In this document: one piece after another, positions 9,964-20,890 of the stretch
How positions within the stretch are numbered: the first letter of the stretch is position 1
Layout of the letters: each line of letters starts with the position of its first letter
Assembly (NCBI GenBank): GCA_900553695.1
Contig: USEM01000005.1
Location: forward strand, 1,455 to 65,454
Direction of reading: 5' to 3'
Source: an uncultured Clostridium sp.
GTDB lineage: Bacteria > Bacillota > Clostridia > TANB77 > CAG-508
DNA: 64,000 nt
Position numbers and translations under genes: made by a program
Notes under the pieces: generated by a model
The model's input: the letters and a program-made list of their open reading frames with translations, nothing else
What the model was told of the DNA's origin: nothing
Database searches by the model: none

Positions 9964-11346
9964 GTGAAAAAACACAAAAAAACATTAACAGTTGTTATAA
10001 TTCTAATTGTAGCTCTACTTATGTTTGCATCATTTTTTGGAGTATACAAGAAAAACGAAAATGGAGAAAAAGTTAGTATTTTACCAAATTTAAAGTTAGG
10101 AATGGAATTTGGTAAAACAAGAGTAATTACTGCAAGTGTAAACAATAATGTAAACAAAGTTGTTTATGATGCAGAAGGAAATGTTGTAAAACAAGAAGAG
10201 GGTGTAGAATACACAGAAGAGAATGGATATAAAATTAAAGAAACACCAATAAATGCAGATTCTGTAAAAACAGTAGACAATTACAAAAGGGCAGAAAAAA
10301 CAATTGAAAAAAGACTTAAAGGAAACAACATAACAGAATATGCAATAGATTTAGATGAAACTAATGGAACAATAAAACTAGAAATACCAGAAAACGACAC
10401 AGCAGATGATATTGAGAGTTTAATTAAAAATTCAGGAACACTTCTATTATTAGATGGTGAAACATTTGAAACAGTTTTTGATAATAGCTATTTAAAAAAG
10501 GCAGATGTTGTATATAGCCAAGGAACAACAGAAACAGGAGTATTTTTACAACTGGAATTTAACGAAGAAGGAACAAAGAAACTTCAAGAATTAAATAACA
10601 TTTATGTTGAAACAACAGAAGAACAAACAAAAGAAAATGGAGAAACAGAAAATGTTACAAAGTCAAAAAATGTTTGGGTAATACTAAATGATAAATTTTT
10701 AGGAGCAACAGTTCTACCAAACATAGTTTACAATGACAAAATAATGTTGACTTTTGGCTTATCAAACAATACAAGTGAAATACAAACAGCAGTAAAAGAG
10801 GCACAAAAAGAAGCTGTATTATTAAATTCAGGTGTAATGCCACTTTCATATGAGTATTCAAATGAAACAAGAGAAACAAATATTACTGAAAATAAACTTT
10901 TCGTTTATGAAATTGCTATAGGAATAGTTTTTGTAGTTGCATATATTTATTTAGTTGTTAAATTCAAGGCGAAAGGATTTATAGCAGTATATTTCCAAGT
11001 TGGTTATTTAGGAATATTATTATTAATTTTAAGATTAACTAGTGCAATAATTACAATAGAAGGACTTGCTGGAATAGTTATAGCAATGGTATTAGAATAC
11101 ATTTTCACATACATTGTTTTAAGAAACCTAAGCCAAAATACAGAAGGAATGTATAAAAAGGCAAACTTGGAGTTTTTCTTAAATACACTTCCAATATATG
11201 TTATTGCAATTGTGTTTACTTTTGCATCAAGAGTAAATATTAGTAGCTTTGGAATGTCTCTATTCTGGGGAATATTACTAATTTATGTATATAATTTTAT
11301 ATTTCCAAAGTATATTTTTGAAAACTTAAATGGGAGGTCAAAATGA
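9964..11346 (+). CDS. SecD-like membrane protein (divergent)
   Basis: GTG start. N-terminal TM, a large periplasmic-type head, and C-terminal TM bundle with ...TIEGLAGIVIAMVLEYIF.... It occupies the secDF position of the ruvA...recJ-relA synteny. The conserved VDANV-type TM motif is not preserved. Confidence 0.45.
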   Translation: MKKHKKTLTVVIILIVALLMFASFFGVYKKNENGEKVSILPNLKLGMEFGKTRVITASVNNNVNKVVYDAEGNVVKQEEGVEYTEENGYKIKETPINADSVKTVDNYKRAEKTIEKRLKGNNITEYAIDLDETNGTIKLEIPENDTADDIESLIKNSGTLLLLDGETFETVFDNSYLKKADVVYSQGTTETGVFLQLEFNEEGTKKLQELNNIYVETTEEQTKENGETENVTKSKNVWVILNDKFLGATVLPNIVYNDKIMLTFGLSNNTSEIQTAVKEAQKEAVLLNSGVMPLSYEYSNETRETNITENKLFVYEIAIGIVFVVAYIYLVVKFKAKGFIAVYFQVGYLGILLLILRLTSAIITIEGLAGIVIAMVLEYIFTYIVLRNLSQNTEGMYKKANLEFFLNTLPIYVIAIVFTFASRVNISSFGMSLFWGILLIYVYNFIFPKYIFENLNGRSK

Positions 11347-11723
11347 AAACATTTAAAAAAATATTAATAATAGTATATGCAATAATAATAGCAGTTGGAA
11401 TATTTATGTTAGTAAGAAGTGGCTTAAATTATTCTGAAAACTACACACAACATCTTTTACTAGAAACAACAAAACAATATACACTATATATTGGAATCTC
11501 AACAGCAATAATACTTATATACTTTGCAATAAGATATTATAAAAAAGGAGTTCTAAAGGTACTTCTAATATCAATACTAGGAATTGTTGGAACAATTATC
11601 TTTGTTCTTGCAATAATGGCAATACTAAGAATGCCAATATCAAGATTATTCTTTCCAATAATGCTTGGCTCTTATGTTGCAAGTATTGTAGCTATCTCTG
11701 CATATTTTGAAGAGAACACTTAA
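11343..11723 (+). CDS. small 4-TM membrane protein (in the SecF position, much shorter than SecF)
   Basis: ATGA overlap with the upstream gene. 126 aa, four hydrophobic segments. Confidence 0.35.
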   Translation: MKTFKKILIIVYAIIIAVGIFMLVRSGLNYSENYTQHLLLETTKQYTLYIGISTAIILIYFAIRYYKKGVLKVLLISILGIVGTIIFVLAIMAILRMPISRLFFPIMLGSYVASIVAISAYFEENT

Positions 11724-11778
11724 AATGTCACAAAATAAAAAATCCCTTAATATATTTATATTAGGGATTTTTTAGGAG

Positions 11779-12112
11779 ATGATAAAAGTGTTTAAGAAAG
11801 TTTTAAAATCAATTTGTAGATATAGAGAAAATATTACAATTGATGAAATGATAGAAATAATAAAGAATAATGAAAACGTTGTTCTATTAGATGTAAGAAG
11901 TTCTCAAGAGTTTAAAGAAGGACACATCAGGCGGAAGCATTAACATACCAGTTTATGACCTATTAGGTCAAGCCACAAGAAAATTAAAAAAAGAAAGCAT
12001 TATAATAGTATATTGTAGTGCAGGAATAAGAAGCAAAAGAGCAGTTCAAATTCTACGAAAATTAGGATATAGAAATTTATATAATATAGAAGGTGGAATA
12101 GAAAATTTATGA
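11779..12112 (+). CDS. rhodanese-domain sulfurtransferase (joined across CGG 11932-11934; not in the ORF track)
   Basis: Reading ...VVLLDVRSSQEFKEGHIR-G-SINIP...IIIVYCSAGIRSKRA...IEGGIENL* requires skipping the C of the in-frame CGG. Both pieces are under 60 aa, so they are missing from the track. An alternative GTG start lies at 11788. Confidence 0.75.
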
Positions 12113-13257
12113 ATGAAATTTTAGAAAAAGCAAAACAAAACATGTTATTAAAAGAAAAAGAACTATCACCATATGCATGTAAATCTGAACAAGGAATATG
12201 GTTAAAAGAAGATAAAGAGGATATAAGACCAATATTTTTTAGAGATATAGATAGAATAATTCACTCATCGGGATATGCAAGATATATAGACAAAACTCAA
12301 GTATATTCATTTATTCAAAATGACCATATAACAAGAAGAGTTTTACATGTACAACTTGTTTCAAAAATTGCAAGAACAATTGGAAGAAGCTTAAGACTAA
12401 ACGAAGATTTAATCGAAGCAATGGCATTAGGACATGATATAGGTCATACACCATTTGGGCATAAGGGAGAAAGCCTACTAAATTCAATTTGTGAAAAAGA
12501 AAATATAGGTTACTTTTGCCATAATGCGCAAAGTGTAAAAATTCTGCAAGACATTGAAGGTTTAAATATTAGTATGCAAACATTAGATGGAATTTTAGCA
12601 CATAATGGAGAAATTCTAAAAAATAAATATGAACACAATATAGAAAAATCAAGAGAAGAATTTGAAAGAGATTTGTATGGTGCATTCCACGAGAAAAATT
12701 ACAGTAAAAAGATAATACCAATTACAATAGAAGGAAGTGTAGTAAGACTATCAGATGTTATAGGATATATTGGCAGAGATATAGAAGATGCAATAACGCT
12801 TGGAATTGTTGATAGAAACGAAATACCAGAATTTCCAAGAAAAATACTTGGAGATAATAACAGACAAATAGTAGATACATTAATAAAAGATGTAATAGTA
12901 AACAGCTTCGATAAGCCATATTTAAGCTTTTCACAAGAAGTTTTTGAAGCATTAATGAAACTACAAAACTGGAATTTTGAGAAAATATATAACTCAGAAA
13001 AGGCAAATGCAAACTATGATAAAATAGAAAAATGTTTTACAAGACTTTACTATTTCTACTTAGAAAAATTAAGCGAAGTAAACCCAAAAAAAGAAATAAC
13101 TAAAAACACAATAACAGCATCAGAAAGAACATTGTATCATTTTGTAAATAAAATGATGGAAAAACCAGATGAAAATATAAAGAGAATAGTAGTTGATTAT
13201 ATAGCAGGACAAACAGACAAATTCTTTTTAAATGAGTGTGAATTATACTTGGAGTAA
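12109..13257 (+). CDS. dGTPase-like HD-domain triphosphohydrolase
   Basis: LGHDIGHTPFGH motif. 382 aa. ATGA-type overlap with the rhodanese stop. Confidence 0.8.
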   Translation: MNEILEKAKQNMLLKEKELSPYACKSEQGIWLKEDKEDIRPIFFRDIDRIIHSSGYARYIDKTQVYSFIQNDHITRRVLHVQLVSKIARTIGRSLRLNEDLIEAMALGHDIGHTPFGHKGESLLNSICEKENIGYFCHNAQSVKILQDIEGLNISMQTLDGILAHNGEILKNKYEHNIEKSREEFERDLYGAFHEKNYSKKIIPITIEGSVVRLSDVIGYIGRDIEDAITLGIVDRNEIPEFPRKILGDNNRQIVDTLIKDVIVNSFDKPYLSFSQEVFEALMKLQNWNFEKIYNSEKANANYDKIEKCFTRLYYFYLEKLSEVNPKKEITKNTITASERTLYHFVNKMMEKPDENIKRIVVDYIAGQTDKFFLNECELYLE

Positions 13258-13376
13258 AATGTTACAAAAACATTACAGAAATATTACGGTTATAAAACAA
13301 ATTGCGAAAAATATTGCAATTTGTTTTTTTATGTGATTTAATAAGATTAAAATAATATTAAAAAGGAGAATTCATA

Positions 13377-15312
13377 ATGAGAAAAATAATGCCTTGTAAA
13401 TTGTTAGCGAGTGTAGTCTTACTTGCTATATTACTAATCATACCAACTTTTGTAGATGCTTATAGTGGAGAGATTGATCCAAAGAATTATATTTCTTTGC
13501 CAGTGTATTTAAATAGTAAAGATGGAATAATTAATAGTACTATATATATTAGTAGTTCTGCGGGTAATTCTTATAATTTGTACTATAAAGTTATGGAATT
13601 GAAAGAAAGTGAATTTAATGAAATTAATATGAAAAAAAATGAATATGAAGAAACAGTTGCAAGTGCTCAAGATGAAGCTAACAAAATTGCAGCTGAAGAA
13701 AAATTGAAAGTTGATAAAGCTAAAGAAGAATGCGATGCTATAGAAAATGATTCAACAAAAACTGAAGAAGAAAAAGCAGAAGCAAGAAAAGCATACAATA
13801 AGGCAATAGATGAGTACAATGCAAAAGCTAAAGAACTTAATTCAATGCTAGATGAAAAAGATAAACAAGCAAAACAAAAATACTATAGCTATTTGCCATT
13901 TAGTGATGACAATTGGACTCAAACAACAGATAAAAAAATGAAAATTAACACTTCAGACTTTTCAGAAAAAGCACATTTTATATTATGGGCTAAATTGAGC
14001 AATTCAGAGGGAACATATTATGAATATCGTATGTATTCAATAGATGTACCTAAAAATGTTACTTTGAGCTTAGATAAAGCAACAGCTGAAATAAAAGTTG
14101 GGAATACATTACAATTAAAACCAACAACATCTTCAAATAAGAGCATAACGTGGACAAGTGATAACGAAAACATTGCAACTGTAGATAGTTCCGGATTAGT
14201 ATCTGGAGTGGCAGAGGGGGTTGCAACAATAACTGCCGAAGTTGAAGGACAGAAGGCAACATGTGTGGTAACAGTAAAAAAATCAACAGAACAAAATGAA
14301 GAAGATTATGGACTAAAATGGACAGACTTTTCATCTGCACGTATTACGCTAGAAAGTAATGGGAAAATACGGGGCATTAGGTACAAGTTACCATATAATA
14401 GTAAAGGGAGTAAATCTATTAGGAAAGAGTGAAAATTTTGGCGATAGATATCAAATATTTGTGACTACAGACAAGAATTATACTCCAGAATTAGAAAGAG
14501 AAGAAGGATATAAAATAAATGACTGGAAGAGAGCAAATACAAACAAGGCACCTGATTTGTATGATGTAAACAAAGAATTAGGGTTATATGTTACTTGGGA
14601 GCTATATGAACAAGCAGGCGAAAAACTATATGTTTGGATAAGAGAAAAACAATTAAATAGTACTAATTTAAAATATGAGTATAAATATCAAGTGAAAGCA
14701 GTTGAGGTTAATAGATTACCACAAATGCCATTAGGAACAAGAATATCTGGATTTTTTACTTATGAAGAAACTGACTTAAGACTATGCGATTATTATGTAC
14801 CAGGTAACAAGACAATTAAATATAAAATTGGAAAAATTACAGATAAGAGCATTTTGCGTTCAATAAAAAATGGAGAAAGTGGGTGTCTAAGTAAATTAAT
14901 GGAGTATGCAAAAAATGCAAACAATGGTTATAGTGGAGCAGCAAAAACGGGGCAAACAGATGAAATAGTTAGTAAGCTAAACTTATCAGATGACGAATAT
15001 TATTATGTGTATATGGAACTAGATACTGAAAATGGAAAATACTATCCTATTGAAGACGTTAGTTTGTGCCAAGCCCAATATCTTTCAACTATAAATAAGT
15101 GGTACTTATATAATTATTTAGACAAAGAGTTCGTTTGGAACTTAGGAGAGAAACCACAAGAAGACAACAACACTACAGTTGATAACACAATTTCAAAAAA
15201 TGTAATTCCTAATACAGGAAAAACTTTAATTATTTCACTTCTTGCAATAGGAATTGCTACACTAGGAATTTTTGGATATAGGAAGATGAAAGAATATTAT
15301 TTTATAAAATAG
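13377..15312 (+). CDS. cell-surface protein with coiled-coil region, Big_2 domain and C-terminal sortase-type sorting signal (joined across CGG 14370-14372)
   Basis: Signal peptide at the N-terminus. Big_2-like segment LDKATAEIKVGNTLQL...VSGVAEGVATITAEV. Junction ...ITLESNGKI-G-ALGTSYHIIVKG. C-terminus is IPNTG plus a hydrophobic helix plus RKMKE. Confidence 0.7.
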
Positions 15313-15357
15313 TATATTAAGAAATATGATTTAAAAAATTGAAAAAGGAGAATACAA

Positions 15358-16347
15358 ATGAACGAGAAAAAAATAAGTTTAACAACAGCTATAGTGTTGC
15401 TCATAATGTTATTATTAACATTGATAATTGCTGGAGGAGCAATATATATTGTAAAAGATAAAAATGGAGATAACAATAAAAAAGTAAAAGAAGAAACTAA
15501 ACAAAATTATGTAGAAAATAAGAAGCAAAATGAAAATAATACAGAAACAAGCAGAACGGATATAGACAAGAGTGTATCTGAATTAGTAACAGACGCAAAA
15601 TTTGATTATAATACAGGAATAGATAGTTTTACATATAGATTAGAAGATTGGGAAACAAAACAAATAAAAACATATACATATAAGGCAAATAGTACAGAGA
15701 TTGAAGGAGCAGACTTAAAAACATCAAAATTTCCACATGTAAATATAGACTCAGATTATGCAAGAAAAATAAATGCGGAAGTTGAAAACTTATTTGATGA
15801 ATATTTTGAAGATTTCAAAACAGAAATAAAACTTATTAGAGATACGGAAGTAATAGATGATATAAGTGAAAGAACTAGCGCAAGATATCGCGGAGACTTT
15901 ATACGCATAGAAAATAATATTGTATCATATTCAACATATAAAAATGGTAACGTATTATCAATTGTAATAAAAGAAGGTCCATTTGCACAAGTGGGTAATA
16001 AATATACAACATATAATATTGATTTAAACACAGGTAAAGAAATAAATTTTCTAGAAATATGTAATACACTAAAACTTGATTCAACCGAATTGTATAATAA
16101 TGTATGTGAACAAATGGAAAAAGTGTTAAAAGAGGAATATACTGAATATTATGATTATCCAAATGATGAAAAAATAGTACAAGAATACAATGATTATGTG
16201 AAAGAGAATAAAGAAATAATTTCGAATAGTTTATTTGTTGTTTCAACAAAATTTTTTATAGATGATAGTGGTAAGCTAAATGTTATATGTAAGATTTCAC
16301 ATAATGCAGGAAAAGGCTCAATGGAGTGTATATTGCCTGTACAATAA
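15358..16347 (+). CDS. membrane-anchored protein, tandem paralogue 1
   Basis: N-terminal TM MNEKKISLTTAIVLLIM.... Shares long colinear blocks with the next gene (KSVSELVTDAK, TGIDSFTY, ETSKFP.VNIDS, IKLIRDTE, NILSIVI.EGP). Confidence 0.6.
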   Translation: MNEKKISLTTAIVLLIMLLLTLIIAGGAIYIVKDKNGDNNKKVKEETKQNYVENKKQNENNTETSRTDIDKSVSELVTDAKFDYNTGIDSFTYRLEDWETKQIKTYTYKANSTEIEGADLKTSKFPHVNIDSDYARKINAEVENLFDEYFEDFKTEIKLIRDTEVIDDISERTSARYRGDFIRIENNIVSYSTYKNGNVLSIVIKEGPFAQVGNKYTTYNIDLNTGKEINFLEICNTLKLDSTELYNNVCEQMEKVLKEEYTEYYDYPNDEKIVQEYNDYVKENKEIISNSLFVVSTKFFIDDSGKLNVICKISHNAGKGSMECILPVQ

Positions 16348-16382
16348 AAAAATTAAAATATCGAAGGAGGAAAATTTTAGAG

Positions 16383-17432
16383 ATGAATGAAAAGAAAATA
16401 AGCTTAACAACAGCTATATTGTTGTTTATAATATTTATTTTGATAATGGCAATTGTTGGAGGAATTGTCTATTTTGTAAACTATAAAGAGGAGAATGATA
16501 AAAAGGTAACAGGCAGGGAATATAACAATGTGATAAATAATGACAAACCGAATACAGATACAAATACAAGTTTAAATTTTAATATAAACGAAAATTTAAT
16601 GAGTGAAAATAATACAAGTTCAAATCTTCATTTGGATTTTAATTTAACAGGTGAAAGTAATTACTTAAATAAAAGTGTATCTGAATTAGTAACAGATGCC
16701 AAATTAAGCTATAAGACAGGAATAGACAGTTTTACATATGGTTTGTATAATTGGTCAACACAAAAAGAAGACAAATATACATATGAAGCTAATAGCCTAA
16801 AAATAGGGGAAGCAGACCTAGAAACATCAAAATTTCCATATGTAAATATAGATTCAACTTATGGAAGAGAAATAAACAATGAAGTAGCGGAATTGATTAA
16901 AGAATATTTTGATTTGTATGTAGATTCAATAAAACTTATAAGGGATACAGAATCAATACAAGATATGAATGAAAAGAAACAAGCAAGATGGAATTTGAAT
17001 GATGAAAGAATAGCAAATAATATTGTAAAATATAATGCATATAAAAATGACAATATTTTATCAATTGTAATTGTTGAGGGACCAATTACCAATATTGGAT
17101 ATAAATACAAAACATTTAATATAGATTTGAATACTGGTAAAAGGGTAAATCTTGAAGAAGCTTACAAAAAATTAGGGTATACCCAAAGCGAATTAGAAGA
17201 AGATCTTTTAAAAGAGGTTTCTGAATTAGTAAAAGAGAGATGTGAAGCTAATGACATATTAGACAAACATGAAGGGCTAATGTCTTATAATGAGAAGAGA
17301 GTTGTAAGTACAATAGAAAACGATAATGCTAGCTATTTTATTGATGAGAATAAGAATTTAAATATTGTAGTTATGACAAACCAACCTTGGGGAAAAGATA
17401 ACCATGATATCTTATACACAGTAAAAAAATAA
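16383..17432 (+). CDS. membrane-anchored protein, tandem paralogue 2
   Basis: AAGGAGG RBS then ATG at 16383. Same N-terminus MNEKKISLTTAILLFII and the same conserved blocks as 15358-16347. Confidence 0.6.
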   Translation: MNEKKISLTTAILLFIIFILIMAIVGGIVYFVNYKEENDKKVTGREYNNVINNDKPNTDTNTSLNFNINENLMSENNTSSNLHLDFNLTGESNYLNKSVSELVTDAKLSYKTGIDSFTYGLYNWSTQKEDKYTYEANSLKIGEADLETSKFPYVNIDSTYGREINNEVAELIKEYFDLYVDSIKLIRDTESIQDMNEKKQARWNLNDERIANNIVKYNAYKNDNILSIVIVEGPITNIGYKYKTFNIDLNTGKRVNLEEAYKKLGYTQSELEEDLLKEVSELVKERCEANDILDKHEGLMSYNEKRVVSTIENDNASYFIDENKNLNIVVMTNQPWGKDNHDILYTVKK

Positions 17433-17458
17433 AAAAGTTTTAAATAACAAAAAATCAA

Positions 17459-17492
17459 ATCGACAAAATGTAGAATTTTGTCGATTATTTTT
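17459..17492 (+). terminator. rho-independent terminator
   Basis: atcgacaaaat / attttgtcgat stem (11 bp) followed by tattttttt. Confidence 0.7.
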
Positions 17493-17580
17493 TTCGCCAA
17501 AACTTCCCATTTTTCATCGAAGGAAAACCCAAAAAAAACTAGAATATATAAGGTATACAATTAAAATAGGAGGGATAATT

Positions 17581-17922
17581 TTGAAGGTTACATATAATGA
17601 AAAGGACAAGCTCTTGACATTAAAACTTACAGAAGAAATAGACCATCATTCTTCTGAAAAGATTAGAACAAGAGCTGATTTTGAGATACAAAAATATATA
17701 CCAAAAACATTAGTAATAGATTTTACAAATGTTAATTTCATGGATAGTGCAGGAATTGGAATGGTATTAGGCAGATATAAGATGTCTAGCATGTTTGGAG
17801 GAAAGATGTTCATGAAAAATGTATCTCCAAGTGTGAAAAAAGTATTTGAAATGGCAGGAGTAACCAGAATAATACCAATAATTGAAGAACAAGGAGGAAC
17901 AGAAATTGGAAAATGTATATGA
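17581..17922 (+). CDS. spoIIAA: anti-sigma-F factor antagonist SpoIIAA (STAS)
   Basis: TTG start after GGAGGG. STAS motif ...[15 protein letters not shown]. First gene of the spoIIA operon. Confidence 0.85.
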   Translation: MKVTYNEKDKLLTLKLTEEIDHHSSEKIRTRADFEIQKYIPKTLVIDFTNVNFMDSAGIGMVLGRYKMSSMFGGKMFMKNVSPSVKKVFEMAGVTRIIPIIEEQGGTEIGKCI

Positions 17923-18340
17923 AAATAAAATGAGTTTAGAATTCTTAAGCAAATCAGAAAATGAAGCATTTGCACGAATTACAGTAGCAAGTTTTGCCTC
18001 ACAGTTAGACCCAAGTATAGAGGAAATTTCAGACATAAAAACAGCCGTATCAGAGGCAGTTACAAATTGCATAATTCATGGCTATGAAGAAAAAATAGGA
18101 ACTATACATATTGAATGCAAATTATATCAAAAGACAATAGAAATAGTAATTATGGATAAAGGAAAAGGAATAGAAAATATTAGTCAGGCAAAAGAGCCTT
18201 TGTTTACAACAAAGCCAGAACTTGAAAGATCAGGCATGGGCTTTACAATTATGGAAAGCTTTATGGACGAGCTAAAAATAGAATCTGTAGTAGGAGTTGG
18301 TACAAAAATTACTATGAAAAAAGTAATTAAAGATGAGTAA
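17906..18340 (+). CDS. spoIIAB: anti-sigma-F factor SpoIIAB (serine kinase)
   Basis: AGGAGG then TTG at 17906 (an ATG further upstream at 17882 is also possible). Contains ...[20 protein letters not shown]...[14 protein letters not shown] and the GHKL ATP-binding region. Confidence 0.9.
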   Translation: MENVYENKMSLEFLSKSENEAFARITVASFASQLDPSIEEISDIKTAVSEAVTNCIIHGYEEKIGTIHIECKLYQKTIEIVIMDKGKGIENISQAKEPLFTTKPELERSGMGFTIMESFMDELKIESVVGVGTKITMKKVIKDE

Positions 18341-18350
18341 CGGAGGAATT

Positions 18351-19068
18351 ATGTACGAGATAGAAACAGAAGATATTGTAAATGCACAAAATAAATCAGA
18401 AGAAGCAATGTCTAAACTTATTGAACAAAACAGTGGGCTAATTTGGAGCATAGTAAAAAGATTTTCTGGACGAGGACATGGCATAGAAGACTTATACCAA
18501 ATAGGCTGTATTGGATTAATAAAGGCAATTCAAAGGTTTGATGTAAGCTATAATGTACGAATATCAACATATGCAGTACCATATATTATACGGAGAAATA
18601 AAACGATTTATAAGAGATGATGGACCAATAAAAGTAAGTAGAAGCATAAAAGAACTTGCAACAAAAATAAACGAAATTCAAAGACAAAACATAAATAAAA
18701 CAGGAGAAGAACTAAAGGTAAATGAACTTGCAGCAAAACTTAATGTATCAAAAGAAGAAATTGTAGAAGCATTAGATGCAATAAGAAGACCAGAATCTAT
18801 AGACGAAGAATTGTATGATGAAGCAGGAGGAGAAACCAGAATTTCAAAAATTAGTACAAATAAAGACGAAACAGGAACATTAGTAAATAAAATATGCGTT
18901 CATGAATTAATAGATGAATTAGATGAAAGAGAAAGAAAAATAATAATACTTAGATATTTTAAAGGAAAAACTCAAAGCGAAGTAGCTACAAGACTTGGTA
19001 TGAGCCAAGTTCAAGTTTCAAGAATAGAAAAAAAGGTACTAACAAAGATGCGTCAAAAAATTGCTTGA
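18351..19068 (+). CDS. sigF: RNA polymerase sporulation sigma factor SigF (joined across CGG 18591-18593)
   Basis: Pieces 18333-18620 and 18553-19068. Junction att ata C gga gaa restores STYAVPYII-G-EIKRFIRDDGPIKVSRS. Region 4 HTH at the C-terminus. Alternative start at ATG 18333. Confidence 0.9.
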
Positions 19069-19081
19069 AAGGGGAAAAACA

Positions 19082-20080
19082 ATGCGAAAAGTTTTAATAT
19101 ATATTTTGGGTTTTGTTTTATTATGCTTTTTAATACCAATTATATTTACAAAAAGACCAGAAAAAGCAGTAGTAGCAATAAATGAAGCAAGCAAAGAAAG
19201 TGATAATAATCAAAATGAAAACAAAACAGATACAAAAACACCTACAATAGTAAAATTACTACATGCTGAAACAGGAGAAGTAGAAGAACTAGAAATGGAT
19301 AAATACCTATATGGTGTAGTATCTGCAGAAATGCCAGCAAATTTTGAAAAAGAAGCTTTAAAGGCGCAAGCAATAGTTGCAAGAACATATACAGAATATA
19401 AAATATATAAGGGAAGCAAACACGAAAATGCAGATATTTGCGATGATTCAAAGTGTTGCCAAGCATGGATTTCTAAAGAAAAGCGTTTTGAAAAATGGAA
19501 TGAAGTAGACCGAGAAAACAACTGGAACAAGATTACTTCAGCAGTAGATGAAACATCAGGCAAAATAATTACATATGATGGAGCTCCAATAAATGCATTT
19601 TTCCATTCAAATAGTGGTGGAACAACAGAAACTGTTGCAAATGTGTGGGGTGGAAGTAATTACCCATATTTGCAAAGTGTAGAAACATCTGGAGAAGATA
19701 GCTATACACAATATGCTTCAATAGTTACATTAACTAAAGAGGAAGTGCTTCAAAAAATGCAGGCAGAATATCCAGAAACAACCATAGACTGGACACAAGA
19801 AAAACCAATACAAATTACTGAATATAACGAAAGCGGAAGGGTAAAAACAATACAAATTGGAAATAAAAGTATTTCAGGAGTTGAAGCAAGAACAATATTT
19901 GGTTTAAAATCTGCAAAATTTAATGTGCAAGTTGGAGAAAGTGTTCAATTTGATGTTGTAGGCTATGGGCACGGTGTAGGGCTTAGCCAAACAGGTGCAG
20001 ATGCAATGGCAAAAACAGGAGCTACCGCAGAACAAATAATAAATCACTATTATACAGGAGTAAAAATAGAAAATATTTGA
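19082..20080 (+). CDS. spoIID: stage II sporulation protein D (SpoIID/LytB family)
   Basis: N-terminal TM. ...AQAIVARTYT... and FHSNSGGTTE motifs. Confidence 0.85.
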   Translation: MRKVLIYILGFVLLCFLIPIIFTKRPEKAVVAINEASKESDNNQNENKTDTKTPTIVKLLHAETGEVEELEMDKYLYGVVSAEMPANFEKEALKAQAIVARTYTEYKIYKGSKHENADICDDSKCCQAWISKEKRFEKWNEVDRENNWNKITSAVDETSGKIITYDGAPINAFFHSNSGGTTETVANVWGGSNYPYLQSVETSGEDSYTQYASIVTLTKEEVLQKMQAEYPETTIDWTQEKPIQITEYNESGRVKTIQIGNKSISGVEARTIFGLKSAKFNVQVGESVQFDVVGYGHGVGLSQTGADAMAKTGATAEQIINHYYTGVKIENI

Positions 20081-20132
20081 ATAAAGTAAAAAAATTGGTA
20101 CATAATTAAACTAAAGAAAGGGAGGAATCCAA

Positions 20133-20885
20133 ATGAGAAAGAAAACAAATAGTGGTTTTAAAAAAGTTTTAATGATATATGGAGGTGTGTTACTAGTATT
20201 AATAGCAACATGTGTTATTGTATATATTGTATATAACAATAAAATAAAAGAATCTGCAAAACAAAGCCTACTTGCCGCAGAAAAACTAACAGAACTTGTA
20301 CCAAACACAGGAGCATTAGAAGAGGCAAGTACAGAAATTAGTAAAACAATAAATGAAGTTCTTGAAGAAACTGCATCTGAAATAAATCAAAATGACGAAG
20401 ATGAAAATACACAAGAAAACAATCAAACTGAAAACGTTGAAGTTCAAGAGCCAGTAGTAGAACCTGAACCAGTAAAAGAATTAGAATTTGCATATCCTGT
20501 AAATGGAGAAATATCAAAGCCATTTTCAATAGATAATTTAATATTTTCAGAAACATTACAAGAATGGGTAGTACACAAAGGAATAGATATAAAAGCACCA
20601 AGAACAACAGTAGTAAAATCAGCAGAAGAAGGAACAGTAAAAGCAATAAAAAACGATCCAAGATATGGCTTAACAGTAATAATAGAACATAGAGATGGAT
20701 ATAAAACAATATATGCAAACCTACTTACAACAGAGTTTGTAAAAGAAGGCGAAAACGTGAGCAAAGGGCAGAGCTTAGGAACAGTAGGAAACTCAGCATC
20801 ATTTGAAATAGCAGATGAACCACACCTACATTTTGAAATGACCAAAGATGACGAAACAGTGGACCCAAAGATATATTTAAAGTAA
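20133..20885 (+). CDS. M23 family metallopeptidase (SpoIIQ-position)
   Basis: N-terminal TM. HKGIDI...GLTVIIEH...PHLHFEM LytM/M23 motifs. Confidence 0.8.
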   Translation: MRKKTNSGFKKVLMIYGGVLLVLIATCVIVYIVYNNKIKESAKQSLLAAEKLTELVPNTGALEEASTEISKTINEVLEETASEINQNDEDENTQENNQTENVEVQEPVVEPEPVKELEFAYPVNGEISKPFSIDNLIFSETLQEWVVHKGIDIKAPRTTVVKSAEEGTVKAIKNDPRYGLTVIIEHRDGYKTIYANLLTTEFVKEGENVSKGQSLGTVGNSASFEIADEPHLHFEMTKDDETVDPKIYLK

Positions 20886-20890
20886 AAAGC

